NCBI RefSeq assembly: GCF_037042905.1
Contig: NC_087245.1
Location: 6,574,001-6,638,000, forward strand
Reading direction: 5' to 3'
Length of the DNA stretch: 64,000 bases
DNA from: Lytechinus pictus
Lineage: Eukaryota
Under the pieces are notes generated by a model, which worked only from the letters and a program-made list of their open reading frames with translations, had not been told where the DNA came from and did no database searches. Below are positions 61,601 through 64,000 of the stretch, in pieces. The translations under genes were made by a program, and so were the position numbers. Positions within the stretch are counted from its first letter, which is position 1. Every line of letters begins with the position of its first letter.

Positions 61601-62967
61601 GATTCGGGCCAATCCAGTGCGCATCACTAGTGCGCAGTTTGACAGAGGAAATTTTTTCGCACGTGTTTCGGCTCTCGAAAAATCTTTTGCTTCTAGAATT
61701 CAGTCTACATCTCATTTTGTTTACTTCTATCATATAGGGTCCATATGCTTCTATTCATCTTGTTAGTTTATCCAAAATGGTGTTCGGAAGTGAATTTCAG
61801 CGTAGGTCCAATTACTCATCAACAACTGAGATCATTGTCTGTCCAGTTAATTTATTTACTAGAACTTGAAGACATGACCAAAAAATGAAAAGTAGTGGAC
61901 GATGCGATGACCAACACAGAACTTGAATCATGTACATACAATGAGCATATAGAGTGCCTTGAGCTTGGCAAGAGTCAAACCGAAAGTAGCCCGACACAAC
62001 AGTGAGGTCATAGAATCATGATTGTAATCACGATATCGTTTATTCGAACATTTTCGTACGTGATTCTGCAGAAACGTCTTTCCAAACGCCCCTTTTTTTG
62101 TGTTTCATGTTTGTGATTCTAATCATGATTATATTCAATTTCGACTAAACGCAATCGTGATTCTGCAGAATCATGATTTGAATCATGATTCAGATCATGA
62201 TTCTAGGGTAAAAAAGTGGCGGATAAACGCACCCTTAGTGTACTCTGTACTTAATTTGTTTCTGGCCCAATCCTCTCTCTGTACTTTCTACCTATATCTC
62301 TAAGTACAATCAATTTAAATGCAAAACCAACCGATTCCGAAATAGTCCCATCCCCTACTTCATAGATTTACTAAACGAGAACTAGATACATTTGTTGCCC
62401 CCCACCGGGAAGATATGATAGATATAGTTTTCTTTATTTGCTAGGATAGTCATCCTCATTCTATACCGCCTTGCCTAGCTCACTTAGTGTACTCTGTACT
62501 TAATTTGTTGTCATACATGCATGGTTTTGTTTGTTTTCAATCTTCGCCACTACTTTCTTCATCTTTCTGGCCCAATCCTCTCTCTGTACTTTCTACCTAT
62601 ATCTCCTTTTAATTACCCTTTACCCTTACTCACTTTTTCTCTGTCTGTCTCCCTATGCCGTCTTTATCCTTCCCCATCTTTTCTTTTCTAACACTTTTCA
62701 TTCATGCATGTACAATGTGCCTCATTGTAGTGGTTAGAATTTGCGTACTTAATATGTATTATGTTCAATACAATGTATAACTTTATTTACCTTCAACAAT
62801 TTATTTCCTTGTATTATAATAAGAAGTACTAGTAATTTTATATCATTCCATGTTTGTATTTGAGTATTATTCTATTGTTGTAAATTGTACACATGTTTTT
62901 ATTCAGCCTTTGGCTCCGAGGCATGTTTTTAATAAACCATTATTGAATTGAATTGAATTGAATTGAA
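58700..62967 (+). mobile_element. CR1/L2-group LINE with disabled ORF2 (APE endonuclease + RT), 3' UTR and (TTGAA)n tail
   Basis: ANVRSI, AITETW, GGGVALY, VGDF, LDKII, SDH; RPIALTS, DFSKAFD, GVPQGTKLGPLLFLIMIND, KYVDD; stops at 59942 and 60497; ORF ends at 61362; AATAAA at 62931. Confidence 0.9.
61465..62234. mobile_element. PIF/Harbinger-type MITE with TTA target duplication
   Basis: TTA|ggctgcgtttatgcg...cggataaacgcaccc|TTA; subterminal palindromic gaatcatgatt repeats; empty site cacttagtgtac at 62481. Confidence 0.85.
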
Positions 62968-64000
62968 AAGAAAACCCATTTTCAGAAATAGATTTCCCAA
63001 TTATTGAATATGTTTTACTATTAATTTGATATTCATGGCAAGAGTTGAATCTCATCTCTCGTTTGAAACCAACAGCTTAGCAAATCGTTCATACATGGCA
63101 GATTACAAACAATAAATTTTGAGGCATACCAGAAATGATTTGCACAGAAACTTACCTGTGAATCTGAAGCCACTCTAATTTCAGGGATCAGTGAGAGAAG
63201 CTAAAATAGAAAAGAAATAATAAAGAGCCAATCGTTGAATATGCACTTTTGTCGTACCACAAAGCAATCTTGTCTAATTTTTCTGCGCACACTGGTTTTG
63301 ACATCAAAATTTTAAACTTGTCTTGCTCATCAATGCTTAAGTGTATGTCTCATTTAAGGTATCAAAATAAAGAGGAATAATTAAATTATATGATTATGTA
63401 AATGAAATATAATTCATTTGCCTTTTTTTAAAAAGGTGTTGGAAACCCGGTTTCCTTTTTTCTGGGACGCACTCTACATGTATATATGGGCGCTAGCCAT
63501 GCATGGAGCTGTTAGCAGCTACTTATGGAGGGGGTTCAAGAGCTGTATGTGCAACTCTCGCATACGGTGCTTGTGCTGGGGAACTGAGATGTTTTTGTAA
63601 AATGGGTCTTGTGAGTGGGGTGGGGCTTTTGTCAACTTTTGTCATTCGGAGTATCTAGAGAACTGAAAATTAGGTCTGAAAAGGTGGGTCATGTACCACC
63701 AATATACATGTGAATCCCCCCCCCCTTCCCCTTGGCCCCGAGCTTACTATCCTGTTTAGTGCTGTTATCGAAAATCTCTTTATTGCTAGTCTTGTTGATA
63801 ATCGCTTGTTTTTTGCCACTTAGCGATATCGATAACCTTTCTCTCGTTGTTGATAATACACGCTATTATGTAGGGACATGACAGTGATTTTCTGCGTTTC
63901 ACAGAATTCATGGAAACAGCCTTTTGGCTTTTCAAATGGAAAATCACAGAAAATGTATTTTTTCTCAAAATGCACAGAACAGCAACAGAAATTACTCCAA

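Noticed and set aside
62968..63740. Possible Tc1-type MITE and G/C-run element split by the LINE (left parts near 58557-58700)
   Set aside because: A right-end-like sequence is present at ~63445-63480, but I could not match a left TIR or TSD with confidence

Overview
AT-rich eukaryotic genomic DNA with GT-AG introns. The repeat landscape suggests a marine invertebrate, probably an echinoderm; this is inference only. The window lies inside one very large + strand gene whose start and end are not visible. I trace 33 coding exons between 372 and 56094 that splice into one uninterrupted frame of 7026 nt (2342 codons). They encode an extracellular mosaic protein built from a 13-exon, 881-aa higher-order repeat: CUB-A, LDLa, CUB-B, LDLa, CUB-C, LDLa(6Cys), CUB-D, LDLa, SEA (3 exons), CUB-E, LDLa. 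Two complete copies and a partial third are present, as ~17-18 kb genomic tandem duplications. Notable points: each complete unit has a SEA GS autoproteolysis-type motif, the CUB and LDLa modules have lost disulfide pairs cleanly, exons show conversion-like homogenisation, and one deleted splice acceptor is rescued in frame. The introns hold a young Penelope-like retroelement with a hammerhead ribozyme, Helentron/DINE-like elements, nested MITEs and foldbacks, a decayed DIRS element and CR1/L2-type LINEs. Many TA>TACATGTA and TA>TACTGTA indels look like Tc1/mariner excision footprints. All comparisons were made by eye; no searches or alignments were run.
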